A stretch of DNA of 32,000 bases from Candidatus Saganbacteria bacterium (GTDB lineage: Bacteria > Margulisbacteria > WOR-1 > JAKLHX01), in the NCBI GenBank assembly GCA_026387835.1, contig JAPLKZ010000007.1:199291-231290 (forward strand), given 5' to 3'. The position numbers and the translations under genes are program-made. Below the pieces are notes generated by a model. The model ran no database searches, was not told the DNA's origin, and saw nothing but the letters and a program-made list of their open reading frames with translations. Positions 13,401 through 23,500 of the stretch are shown here, piece after piece; the stretch's first letter is position 1; each line of letters opens with the position of its first letter.

Positions 13401-14569
13401 TACCTTATATAAAACAATATCTGACAGAAGCCTGGGATGATTTTGACCTCGGTCAAAAGCCTGACGATCTGCTCTTTATTAAGTTTTCCGACAGGATGCT
13501 GCGTCCGGCGCAATACGGGGTGATCTCATTCAAGGTCAATGCTCTGTATAAAGGTCATGAAGAACCGAAAGCGATAATCAGGGTCCCGAGATATCCGGCA
13601 AGTAATGAGGCGAACGATTCTATCAGGATCGAGCATTCTAATCTCCGTTTTATCCATTCAAAGATAAATGATATCAGGATCAAACGGTCTATCCCAAGAA
13701 GTTTATTCGATCGGTCCATTAGAGGGTCCCTGGTCGGCGCAGTAGAATACCTTAGTGGAAATGACATGTCAAACTACATGGTTTGCAGCAAGATCGATGA
13801 TCTTTTCGTGTCAAATTATAAGTCCGCGAGCAAATGGCTTATAGATTTTCAAAAGAAGCTTTGTCCGGAAAACGAGATTATCAAAGGCGCGAAATTCTCG
13901 GAAGACCATTTAAAATCTCTTTTTGACAGGTACTCATTATTATTTCCGGATAAAAAACATCTTCATGAAGGATATTTCACGGGTCTTGTATCGCTCGCAA
14001 ATACTTTTGACGGGATGCAGATAATGCTGCCCGCTTCCCACGGGGATTATCACGCTTCAAATATTTTTATGTCGGACGGCAGTATTTCTGGGGTCATTGA
14101 TTGGGAGGATTTTTCAGCGAAGCAGCTCCCGGCTTTTGACATATATCATTTCATTACGACATATTTTGAGGCTCTATATGATTTTTCCGCCAACAATTAC
14201 CCGAAAGGCATTGAGACTTTTTCGGAAAGCAAGTACCTGCTCGATTTAATAGATTCTTTTGCAGATGAATATTTTACGGCGCTCGGTATGGACACACAGT
14301 TCCAGGAGATAATCTTTCCGTTGTTCATGATAGATTCTTTGTGCAAAGCCGCGGACCCGAGAAAACCCGTGAGCAGTATAGTCATCAAAAAGGAATTCCT
14401 TTTAAATTTAAGGCCCGCAAAGATCAGCGATCTGATCAGATATATGGCTATATTCCCGTATTTAGACCTGTTAAAAAAAGCATCGAGATCCGGCGACAAA
14501 CAAAAGCAGGATTATTTTACGGACAAGATCGAAAAATTAAAAGAAGAGGCTTCCTCTAAAGAAAAGTAA
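13397..14569 (+). CDS. APH-fold phosphotransferase (aminoglycoside/choline kinase-like superfamily)
   Basis: ASHGDYHASNIFM and GVIDWEDFSAKQLPAFDIYHFI match the Brenner-type HGDxHxxN and IDWE/D motifs. 4-nt ATGA overlap with the methyltransferase. Confidence 0.8.
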   Translation: MIPYIKQYLTEAWDDFDLGQKPDDLLFIKFSDRMLRPAQYGVISFKVNALYKGHEEPKAIIRVPRYPASNEANDSIRIEHSNLRFIHSKINDIRIKRSIPRSLFDRSIRGSLVGAVEYLSGNDMSNYMVCSKIDDLFVSNYKSASKWLIDFQKKLCPENEIIKGAKFSEDHLKSLFDRYSLLFPDKKHLHEGYFTGLVSLANTFDGMQIMLPASHGDYHASNIFMSDGSISGVIDWEDFSAKQLPAFDIYHFITTYFEALYDFSANNYPKGIETFSESKYLLDLIDSFADEYFTALGMDTQFQEIIFPLFMIDSLCKAADPRKPVSSIVIKKEFLLNLRPAKISDLIRYMAIFPYLDLLKKASRSGDKQKQDYFTDKIEKLKEEASSKEK

Positions 14570-14572
14570 TGG

Positions 14573-15685
14573 CTATCCTTTTCTTTCCATGATTGACAGT
14601 ATTTTATTAGTGTGCTCGTTTTCCGGATCCTGCTTTGCATAAACTTTGAGAAATTCTAAGGCTTCATCAAGTTTTCCCTGTTTTGCGCAGCAGACAGCAT
14701 ATTGCGAAAACCTCATCGCATCCCAAAAGAAATCCTGGTTTGATATTTTATCGTGCATTTTTTTAGGTAATGCTACGGCTTTCTTTATTAGATTGTACGC
14801 GTCTTCGAACCTGTTGAGTTCCATGTATGCCCGCGTTGCGATGCAATACTGGTCTATATTTTCAGGATTGCATTCGATAGATCGTATGCCTTCGTTCAAA
14901 GCTTTCTCAAAATCTTTCAACTCATTTATATATATCCAGCCCTTGCTATTATGACTGTCTTCCTCCAGATGAGAGAGCTCATTTTTTCCTCTGCAGGCAA
15001 AAATGACCTTGTCAAAAGCGGCAAGCGAATCATCGGTCCTGTTCATCTGCCAATATTTCTTCGCAAGGAGATAGCTGTATCCGGGATCATCGGCATTTTC
15101 AGACGCAGCCTTTTCCAGGATCTCCAGCCTGGATCGGTTCTTTTTCTTTGACAGGTCCGCGGGCATATTGCCGCCCCAGTGATAGATCGCGATATCAGCC
15201 AGCTTCTCCTCTATTCTTTTTATTCCTTGGGGAAAAACGACCTGTTCATTCACCGGCCTTTGAAAATGAATGCCCAGCTTGTTCCTGAAGATCTTATCCC
15301 TCATATAGAAAGATTTCACTTCGGTCGTATCGTATTCACATTCATTAATGGGGATATAGATGATATTGGCTCCGGTATTGTCAAGATGAGCCCTTAATTT
15401 GCGGACATCTTCCTTTTTAAGGTATTCATCGGCATCTGTCCACATGATCCAGTTCGAATCCGCATATTTTAAAGATTCATTCCTCGCAGCCGAAAAATCA
15501 TTTATCCATGTAAAATCATGCACTTCCGCCCCGAGTGAAGCCGCGAGATCTTTTGTCCTGTCAGTGGACCCCGTATCCATGACGATGACTTTGTCGCACG
15601 AGGAGACCAGGTTTGGAAGTGTCTTTGAAATATTCACTTCTTCGTTCTTGACGATCATACAGATATTTAAGGTTGTCTTTTGCAT
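14573..15685 (-). CDS. Family 2 glycosyltransferase with C-terminal TPR repeats
   Basis: LNICMIVKNEEVNISKTLPNLVSSCDKVIVMDTGSTDRTKDLAASLGAEV...WIMWTDADEYL, followed by TPR-type helices. Confidence 0.88.
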   Translation of the reverse strand: MQKTTLNICMIVKNEEVNISKTLPNLVSSCDKVIVMDTGSTDRTKDLAASLGAEVHDFTWINDFSAARNESLKYADSNWIMWTDADEYLKKEDVRKLRAHLDNTGANIIYIPINECEYDTTEVKSFYMRDKIFRNKLGIHFQRPVNEQVVFPQGIKRIEEKLADIAIYHWGGNMPADLSKKKNRSRLEILEKAASENADDPGYSYLLAKKYWQMNRTDDSLAAFDKVIFACRGKNELSHLEEDSHNSKGWIYINELKDFEKALNEGIRSIECNPENIDQYCIATRAYMELNRFEDAYNLIKKAVALPKKMHDKISNQDFFWDAMRFSQYAVCCAKQGKLDEALEFLKVYAKQDPENEHTNKILSIMERKG

Positions 15686-15692
15686 ATATAGT

Positions 15693-16928
15693 TCAGACTT
15701 TGCCGATTAAGATCGAAACGCAATTCCCCCATCTGGTATGTGAATCCAATGAAAATGAACATATTAATGAATTATTAATTATAGCATCCTCTGCATATTT
15801 GGTTGTTAAGTTCAGCCTGCACAAGGGGTCCGGAGAAGTATAATTGATGGTCGGAAATATGAACCTGTCCCTGATGCATAACATGGCCGCGCATATGTTC
15901 AGGGGATAGCTCGCGCCGAAAGTTTCCCCCGTCATGGACTTGAGTGCGCTTACAGGGATATCCTTTGCGTCCGTGCCCATGGCCGATCTTAACGAATCGA
16001 TCTCAAGTTTGTCGCATATGCGCGAAGAGTTCGCAGAAGAACAGATGAAATCAATATCCGAGGAGGATAGCCCGGATTCCTGTAACGCTTGTCCGGCAGA
16101 TCGCCTGATCACCTCTTCTGCCGAAGTTCCGTTCCCGAAAGAACCGGTTGAAATGCCGGATATCTTAGCGTATATATTTGCGCCTCTTTTTTTGGCGTCT
16201 TCAAGCCTTTCCAGCAATAACAAACATGCTCCTTCAGCGCAAATATACCCGTTCCTGTATTGATCGAACGGCCTGCTGTCTTCACTGACCGTTTGGTCTT
16301 CATAAGCCAGCTCGCCTTTAGCATGGACGCCCCCAAAAACCAGAAGCGAGAGTTCGTCGGCTCCGCCGCAGATAATATAATCTGCCTTTTTGTTCTTGAG
16401 GAGCTGTACTGCATAAAATATCGCCATGCCTCCTGATGTCACTTCGGATGATAACGTGTAATTTACCCCGTTAAGGGATAATTCTTTGGCGATAGTTCCG
16501 GCGCTGATATTCATTGACAGACTGGGAAAAATAAAGGGATTTGCAAGTTGAGGCCCATTGGCATTGATTTCGGAAATAAATTTCTCGAGTGATGCGCTGT
16601 TGCCAAAGGCGGTCCCGAATATCACCCCGATCCTGCCGCTGTCTGTCTTTGCCATATCTATTCCCGAATCTTTCACGGCCATTACCGCCGCAGCGGTCGA
16701 ATACCGGGTCAACCTGTCCATTTTTCTGGCGTTTGACGCCGGTATATGATCTGCTATCGAAAAGTCGTTTATTTCACCGGCCTTTTTTGATCCGAATATT
16801 GAGGGGTCAAACCTTTTGATCCTATCGACGCCGCTTTTCCCTGTCTTTAAGGACTCAAGAAAAGCTTCGGTACCCGTCCCGATAGGACTTACTATCCCTA
16901 TACCCGTTATTACTATTTGGTCTTCCAT
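15693..16928 (-). CDS. Beta-ketoacyl synthase-like protein lacking the Cys-His-His triad (chain-length-factor/KS-beta-like)
   Basis: VITGIGIVSPIG...; nucleophile region is LSSEVTSGGMAI instead of (T/S)ACxSG; first His region is SSANSSR instead of xAHGTxT; second is KSMTGETFG instead of KSMTGHxxG. Confidence 0.82.
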   Translation of the reverse strand: MEDQIVITGIGIVSPIGTGTEAFLESLKTGKSGVDRIKRFDPSIFGSKKAGEINDFSIADHIPASNARKMDRLTRYSTAAAVMAVKDSGIDMAKTDSGRIGVIFGTAFGNSASLEKFISEINANGPQLANPFIFPSLSMNISAGTIAKELSLNGVNYTLSSEVTSGGMAIFYAVQLLKNKKADYIICGGADELSLLVFGGVHAKGELAYEDQTVSEDSRPFDQYRNGYICAEGACLLLLERLEDAKKRGANIYAKISGISTGSFGNGTSAEEVIRRSAGQALQESGLSSSDIDFICSSANSSRICDKLEIDSLRSAMGTDAKDIPVSALKSMTGETFGASYPLNICAAMLCIRDRFIFPTINYTSPDPLCRLNLTTKYAEDAIINNSLICSFSLDSHTRWGNCVSILIGKV

Positions 16929-18178
16929 TTTTTTATTATGATGCTCGAGTTGTTGCCAGCAAAAGCAAAATTATTTGACATTGATATATCGAACGTCTTG
17001 GGCCTTGATCTGTTCGGGACATAATCCAGATCGCAGGCAGGGTCGGGCGTTTCGTAGTTTATTGTCGGAGGAATAAAGGATCCCCGCATGGCCAGTATGC
17101 ATGCGATTATTTCAATTATCCCTGCCGCTCCCAAAGCATGACCGGTCATGGATTTAGTAGAGCTTACCGGTATTTCGTAGGCATTTTCCCCGAAAGCTCC
17201 TTTTATGGCTTTTGTCTCCATTTCATCATTTTGCTGTGTCCCGGTGCCGTGAGCATTAATATATTCAACGGCATCCGTTCGCAAATGTGCGTCCTCAAGA
17301 GCGGCTTTCATCGCAAGGGCCGCTCCCCTGCCGCTCGGGTCGGGCGATGTCTCATGATAAGCATCGCTGCTGTTACCGTAGCCGAGTATCTCCGCATAGA
17401 TCATGGCCTTTCTCTTTAGAGCATGTTCAAGTTCTTCCAGGATCAGGATCCCCGCCCCTTCTCCCAGCAATAAACCCGACCTGTTCTTATCGAACGGCTG
17501 GCATTTTTTTTCGGCAAGACCTCTTAAAGAATGGAAACCATAATAAGCGATATCGAACAGGTCCTCGGCTCCTCCCGTGAAACATATTTCTGACAAGCCG
17601 TTTCCGATCAGATCGGATGCGATCATTACGGAATTCAGAGATGAGGAGCAGGCTGTCGAAACCGTCAAAGAGGGCCCTTTGAGGTCATAATATGACGCGA
17701 TAGCCTTTGCGGGTCCGTAAGCGGTATTAGCGACAAGCTGTTCGGGTTTTAAACCGCTGATATCCTTTTCTGTAATGATCTTTCTAAAGATGACTTTTAA
17801 GGATTCGATAGAACCCTGGGACAGGCCGAAGACCGATCCTATCCTGTAAGGATCCTCGTCTTTAAAACATATTTTGGAGTCCTTCACGGCCTGTACGGCA
17901 GAAATATGTATCATGTCCAGGGCCCTGTAAGAATACGGGAAATTTACCGCAGGGAGATCCTTTATTTCACAGGCTATATGGACGCGCAGGCCGTTTGTAT
18001 CAAACAGCGTGACCGGGGCCACACCTGAAACTCCGTTCTTGAGATTTAAAGCATATTCATCGATGGAGTTGCCGATCGAAGACAAAACTCCCATGCCCGT
18101 TACAACCACCCTTTTAGACCGGTTTGGCAATTTCGATCTCTTTCCTGATAAATAATGATATCTCGCTTTCAAAGACAA
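16913..18178 (-). CDS. Beta-ketoacyl-ACP synthase II-like (catalytically intact KS-alpha)
   Basis: VVVTGMGVLSSIG, LTVSTACSSSLNSVMIA, YINAHGTGTQQND, SSTKSMTGHALGAAG, FGFG-type SNNFAFAGNNSS. True start may be downstream of 18178. Confidence 0.93.
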   Translation of the reverse strand: MSLKARYHYLSGKRSKLPNRSKRVVVTGMGVLSSIGNSIDEYALNLKNGVSGVAPVTLFDTNGLRVHIACEIKDLPAVNFPYSYRALDMIHISAVQAVKDSKICFKDEDPYRIGSVFGLSQGSIESLKVIFRKIITEKDISGLKPEQLVANTAYGPAKAIASYYDLKGPSLTVSTACSSSLNSVMIASDLIGNGLSEICFTGGAEDLFDIAYYGFHSLRGLAEKKCQPFDKNRSGLLLGEGAGILILEELEHALKRKAMIYAEILGYGNSSDAYHETSPDPSGRGAALAMKAALEDAHLRTDAVEYINAHGTGTQQNDEMETKAIKGAFGENAYEIPVSSTKSMTGHALGAAGIIEIIACILAMRGSFIPPTINYETPDPACDLDYVPNRSRPKTFDISMSNNFAFAGNNSSIIIKKWKTK

Positions 18179-18584
18179 GCTCGCCGTTTGAATGTATCGT
18201 GCCTTTAGCTATCAGAAAGTCCCCGATTTTATCGGTGAATTCAGTTTTTATTATAAGCTCATCCGAAAACCCGACACTTTTTAACATATGACAGTTTTTG
18301 AACGAGACAATAAAATGTGAAAAATTAGACCCAGGTTCATTGTCGCTGTTGTCCATCTTTATCATATCCGGGACAAAAAATTCGGCCAGGTTCATCGATT
18401 GGGCCAGGCATTCAAGAAGTATCGTGCCCGGGACGGAAAATTCATTGCGGAGAACGGGGTCGTTCTTTGAAAACCGTTTTTTGCATAAAATATAATTGCT
18501 TTTGGCCTCGATGAATTCGTCGATAAATACGAAAGGCGGTTTGTGCTTGTAAAAAGGTTCAAAGACCAGGTCGTTGATTAACAC
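18114..18584 (-). CDS. Hotdog-fold 3-hydroxyacyl-ACP dehydratase-like protein (FabZ/ApeP-type, divergent)
   Basis: FYKHKPPFVFIDEFIE...LRNEFSVPGTILLECLAQSMNLAEFF; position between ACP and KS. Confidence 0.7.
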   Translation of the reverse strand: MLINDLVFEPFYKHKPPFVFIDEFIEAKSNYILCKKRFSKNDPVLRNEFSVPGTILLECLAQSMNLAEFFVPDMIKMDNSDNEPGSNFSHFIVSFKNCHMLKSVGFSDELIIKTEFTDKIGDFLIAKGTIHSNGELVFESEISLFIRKEIEIAKPV

Positions 18585-18587
18585 TTC

Positions 18588-18893
18588 TTATTTCATTTTG
18601 CTTTTTATGAAGTTAGCCATTGTGCCGATATCTTTAAATATTGCTTCAGGGCTTTTGAGGTCTTCGTTAGTGATCTTTACCCCGAAATTCTTATCGATCC
18701 CGACTATTATTTCCAGAGAATCTATCGAATCAAGACCGAGGGAATCGGAGTCAGGCGGCCTATTTTGAGGGCGGCTTTCCTGTGCCATGTTAAAAAGCTG
18801 CGTCCGTTCGTTGATGTCCTCGGGCCGGATATTCAGGTTTAATTGAGTGATCAGCATCTCCTTTAATTTTTGCAGGATCTCATGATATTCCAT
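18588..18893 (-). CDS. Acyl carrier protein
   Basis: LGLDSIDSLEIIVGIDKNFGVKI with the 4'-phosphopantetheine Ser motif DSIDS. Confidence 0.9.
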   Translation of the reverse strand: MEYHEILQKLKEMLITQLNLNIRPEDINERTQLFNMAQESRPQNRPPDSDSLGLDSIDSLEIIVGIDKNFGVKITNEDLKSPEAIFKDIGTMANFIKSKMK

Positions 18894-18903
18894 ATAAATC
18901 TCC

Positions 18904-19638
18904 TTAGTTTATTAGACCACCGTCAACGATGATCTGTTGTCCCTGAATATATGATGCCTCACCCGAGGCAAGAAAAGCAACTACAGATGCGACTTCAGAC
19001 GGCCTGCCGTACCTCTTTAAAGGAATAGCTTCCCGATATCTGTCAAGTATATGTTCCGGGATCGACAAAACCATATCAGTGTCTATCAGTCCGGGAAGGA
19101 CGCAATTGACGGTTATTCCGTAACCGGACAGTTCCTTTGAAAGCGCATTTGAAAAACCGATCACCCCAGCTTTTGAAGCGGCGTAACTTGTCTGTCCTGC
19201 CGCACCGTTCTTTGCCGCGATCGAACTTATGTTGATTATCTTCCCGCTCTTGCGTGAGATCATGTGCTTGGAGACGGCTTTGCAGCAATAAAAAGTGCCG
19301 TAAAGATTTGTCTTCAGGGTGAGATCGAAGTCATCATTGGGAGTAGTCAGAAGGAAGCTGTTTTTTACTAAACCCGCATTATTTACGAGTACATCGATCT
19401 TTCCGCATTTGCCGATTATCTCCTCGGCCATGCTCTCAACCTCGCAAAAATTACTTACATCAGCTTTGGCTAACATCCCCTGCCCTTCTATTTCACGCAG
19501 CAGTTCCTGTGCCGCGGCCGTGCTCTTGTTGAAGTTTATGGCGACAAAATAGCCGAGCCCATGAAAGGCCTTTACGATGGCTTTGCCTATTCCGCCTGTG
19601 CCGCCGGTTACCAGGACGACTTTATTTTCGAGCGCCAT
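18904..19638 (-). CDS. 3-oxoacyl-ACP reductase (FabG-like SDR); ORF track start 19656, likely start MALENK at 19638
   Basis: VVLVTGGTGGIGKAIV, NNAG, SYAASKAGV, DGGLIN; SDR catalytic Ser-Tyr-Lys present. Confidence 0.93.
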   Translation of the reverse strand: MALENKVVLVTGGTGGIGKAIVKAFHGLGYFVAINFNKSTAAAQELLREIEGQGMLAKADVSNFCEVESMAEEIIGKCGKIDVLVNNAGLVKNSFLLTTPNDDFDLTLKTNLYGTFYCCKAVSKHMISRKSGKIINISSIAAKNGAAGQTSYAASKAGVIGFSNALSKELSGYGITVNCVLPGLIDTDMVLSIPEHILDRYREAIPLKRYGRPSEVASVVAFLASGEASYIQGQQIIVDGGLIN

Positions 19639-19721
19639 AATAAATGTATTATACAAAACATAAAATATATTTGCAAATAAAAAACAAATATGATAGTATT
19701 TAAAAAATAATCGGTCAGGTT

Positions 19722-20441
19722 ATGAAAAACTTTTTTATATATAGCGGTATTATTGTTATAATAGTTGTGTTTGTAATTGCTAGATTGGTAGATCTGTTGC
19801 TCAATATTTTTTCAAATGACAAAGAACTTGACGCCCAGAAATTTCTATATAAGTGGTCGCACAGATTATTTTGGGTGATAAATTCCAAGGTTGAATTCTC
19901 CGGCCTCGAAAATATCCCCGCGACCGGCCCGGTGATCATTGTGGCAAGGTACAGGTTCCCCATAGATCTTATAATATCCACAGCAATTTTTAAGAGAAAA
20001 GTATATCTTGCCGTGGATTCGACATTTTTTGTTTTTCCGCTTTCATTTATGAGCAAAAGCGCAGGATATCTGAACATTGACAACAAGAATCTTTTGATCG
20101 CGGCGCAGCAGATGGATAAGACAATAGAAAAGCTCAGGGCGGGTTCGGCTATTTTTATGTTCATAAGCAGAAGGACAGACATTGACAGTCCCGTTCACGG
20201 CCCCGCTTTTGCGTCCCTTGAAACTAATATCCCGGTCATCCCTATTGCGATAAATTCGACCCCGGAATTATCTGTATTCACTAATTTTATATATGGCATG
20301 TTCGTCCGTAAAAAGGTGTTAGATGTCATTAAGGTCAGGATCGGAGAGCCAATAATGTCAAATGAGCAAAATGACAGGATCGGAAGGGTTAAGTTCACAG
20401 AAGAAATAGTCAGAAAGATCGATTCGATGCTGAAAAAATAG
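19722..20441 (+). CDS. PlsC/LPLAT-like membrane acyltransferase homologue with degenerate active-site motifs
   Basis: N-terminal TM; layout VEFSGLENIPATGPVIIVARYRFPIDLIIS...AIFMFISRRTDID...GPAFASLETNIPVIPIAI aligns with the LPLAT architecture. Confidence 0.65.
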   Translation: MKNFFIYSGIIVIIVVFVIARLVDLLLNIFSNDKELDAQKFLYKWSHRLFWVINSKVEFSGLENIPATGPVIIVARYRFPIDLIISTAIFKRKVYLAVDSTFFVFPLSFMSKSAGYLNIDNKNLLIAAQQMDKTIEKLRAGSAIFMFISRRTDIDSPVHGPAFASLETNIPVIPIAINSTPELSVFTNFIYGMFVRKKVLDVIKVRIGEPIMSNEQNDRIGRVKFTEEIVRKIDSMLKK

Positions 20442-20518
20442 TTCTTACAATACGACCTCAGTTATAAATGAACTCCTGATTTCCATTGTTTGTATTATTT
20501 AGGAGAACGGCATTCCGC

Positions 20519-23500
20519 TCAGCACATAAAGTTGTTATTACCGTTTTTGTCGGGTTCGCCGGTTATCGGATCTATTTTTTTTATTGAACCGGCACATATA
20601 GTATTACTGTCCTTGCTGTTGAGCATATCTTCTATTTTGGCCTTCAGGTCTTTTCCGATGCTGTCATTGTCCACTCTTAAGATCGCTTTCTTTACATATT
20701 CGGAATTAGATACCAACGCCAGTTGAGACAAGACGGCTATGGCATCTTTGGTCTCGAGTACTGAAAGTATATAGGCGGCCACTTCAGGCTTGAAATTCCT
20801 TAAGAATTTAGCCGTCTCCTCCGGTCCCATCCCATTAGCGATAATCTGAGAAAGGGCTACCTTGGCAGATTCTTTGGTTGCAAATGTCAATATGCTGCTC
20901 ACCGCGACCTGTTCGATCTTCGGCTTGACGATGTCTTGGTCGGCAGGATCCTTTACAGTGGCTGTCATGAACAGCTGGGAATTGATCTGATCGAACATCT
21001 TCCGCATGATCTTATCGGTCTCATCCTTTAACGCGGGAGATCCCGGAAGATTTGATATAGTGCTTACGAGATTAAGCAGCTTTGGCATCGACACATTTAT
21101 ATCCGGCTTATCAGTAAGGGTCGAGATCATGCCGATGATCTTGCTTGCGGCGATTGCCGGGTTTTCAAGTATCATTTTGGCGATATAGTCATTTGATGCG
21201 TTGCCCTCAAGAAGTTTTAGTGCTGTCTGTGCTGCCTGCTTGCACGTAATATTCGTTGAAGTGTTTTGCAGTGATTCTACGGCATTTTCAAGCTTGCTGA
21301 TCACCAATTGTTTTGTGCTTTCTTTGATATTCGATCCGGTCACCAAAGCTTTTACCTGCGTAAGCGTATCCTGCGCTTCTTCAGGCTTTGAGAAGTTCTT
21401 CTGTTTAAGTCCGTAGATGATGTTCTTTGCGTTTGCCGCGCTTGTGGGATCAAGTTTAGCCGATATGCTGTTAAGGAACTGTTCGATCGGTTTCTTCAAC
21501 GATTTTATTTGAGCCTCGGTTTCGTTGCCCGAAGCGGATATCCTTTTGGCGTTGTCTGCCCTGTTCTTTATTCCTATTGCTATCCTTAATATAGATGCGT
21601 CTTCATTATTTAATTTATTGTTTTTATCGGCATTTATCTCCGCCTCAATTTTCTTCATTTCGTTTTCATCAAATACCCCTTTGGTTTCGTTAGTAACTGA
21701 TGAAGCAGTTGAACTCCTTGATACTTGCTTGTCATCTCTGAACGTATCAGGCCTTATGGCAGCCTGCGCCTGGTTGATGACTACAGGGCTCTGTGTCGTC
21801 CTCATTATGTTCTCGGCTATCTCAACGGCTTTTACGGCCTGTTTTGTCTCCTTGGCAATAGCCATCACCTGATGCTGTTTCTGCGGCTCAAGGTTCAATA
21901 TGATCTGCGCCGCCTGCGTGGGTTCCTTATCCTTAACCGCCTGGACTATCATCTGTGTCGGCACCACATCAAGCACTTTTGCAGCTTCAGTGGCCGTCAT
22001 CTCGCCTTTGATGACCTTAGAGACCACCTGCGAGACCGCTTTCTGTACAGCCTGTTCTGCCTTGCTTACCACTACGTTGGTATTCATGTCCTTGGGCACG
22101 TCGGTCGATACCTTGGAAAGTACCGCCACCAGGTCTTTTACCGCTGCCGTGTTGTTGGCGCTTATCTCGTCATCTATTACTATTATTATCTGGTTTATTA
22201 CATCTTCTGCCTTTTTGGGATTATCCATCACCATCTGTACAACTTTATCTTCCGTTGTAGGCTTCATGTTCATTGCCTGAGGTGCATGCTGTGCTTCCTT
22301 CACAGGTGTATATGAGGTCGGCATGCTTTCAGCCTGCTTCACCTGCGGTTTATTGACTACAGGAGCGGCCTGCACGGCTGTTTTGACTTGAGGCTCTATA
22401 ACAGCCTGCGGAGCAGCTTCCATTTTCTGCGTGATCTTCTCTATCGCCTTGTCTAAGGCCACCGTGATTCTGATATTGTTCGGTACCGCTGCTTTTACTT
22501 CTTCAAGCGCTATCACTATCTGCTGCATATTCTCCGGATTCACTTTCTTTTCCGAATGTTCTATGACAGCAGGGATCATTCTTGCCACTTTGTCGATCAT
22601 GTTGGGCTTGCTTGTTATAGCCCGCACAACATCTTCCACCGGCTTGTTGTTGACTATATCGTTCACCGCTTTCTGTGCCGCATCTTTTGCCCTTACGTTG
22701 ACAGAGGTATTGTCCACTGCTTCCATGGCCTGCGTCAGCTTTTGTGCTATGACCTCTTTCACTTTTTCGTTGATCTTTGCACCGTTTGCCATGTCCTTCA
22801 CCTGAGATATGAACCTCGCCACTTTTTCCGTGTTCGTGAAGTCGGCTTTCTTTATCTCTGAGCTCATGTCCTTTGCTTTTTTGGCCTCTGTTTGCGGCAG
22901 CTTCTCCGCTATCTGTGTCAGGAGCTGTTCCATTGGCTTCTTTAAGGCATTGAGCTGCGTCGCGGGGTCAACGGCTTTTTGGGATGCCTCTTTAGCGGCT
23001 AGAGCCCCGTTCTTTATGACGATGACTGTGGATACTATCCTTGTATCCGCCTTGCTGGCCTTGGACAAACTCTTCATATTGCTCATCTCCGCCCTTATCA
23101 TATCTGTTTCTAACCTTGTGAACTCCTCATCAGTAGAGACCTCTTTGGACGCTTCAGTTGTCGGGGCTTGTTCTACCTGCCTGGGATTCCTGAATGAATC
23201 CTGCATTATGATTGGCTGAGCCTGGATGCCGGCTGGAGATACCTGGTTCCTCCTGGTGTTCTCGGCTATAACTACAGCTTTGATAGCTTGTTGTTTCTCA
23301 TTGGCCATAGCGATCACCTGATGCCGTTTTCCAGGTTCAAGATTGACTATCACCATAGCCGCTGCCTCAGGACTCGCCTTTGCCATGGCTCTCACTGTCA
23401 CTTCAGCAGGAACGTTGTTAAGCGCTGTGGCCGCTTCTTCAGGAGTTATCTTGCCTTCGGCGACCTTTGAGATAACCAGCGAAACGGCTTTCTGTACCTC

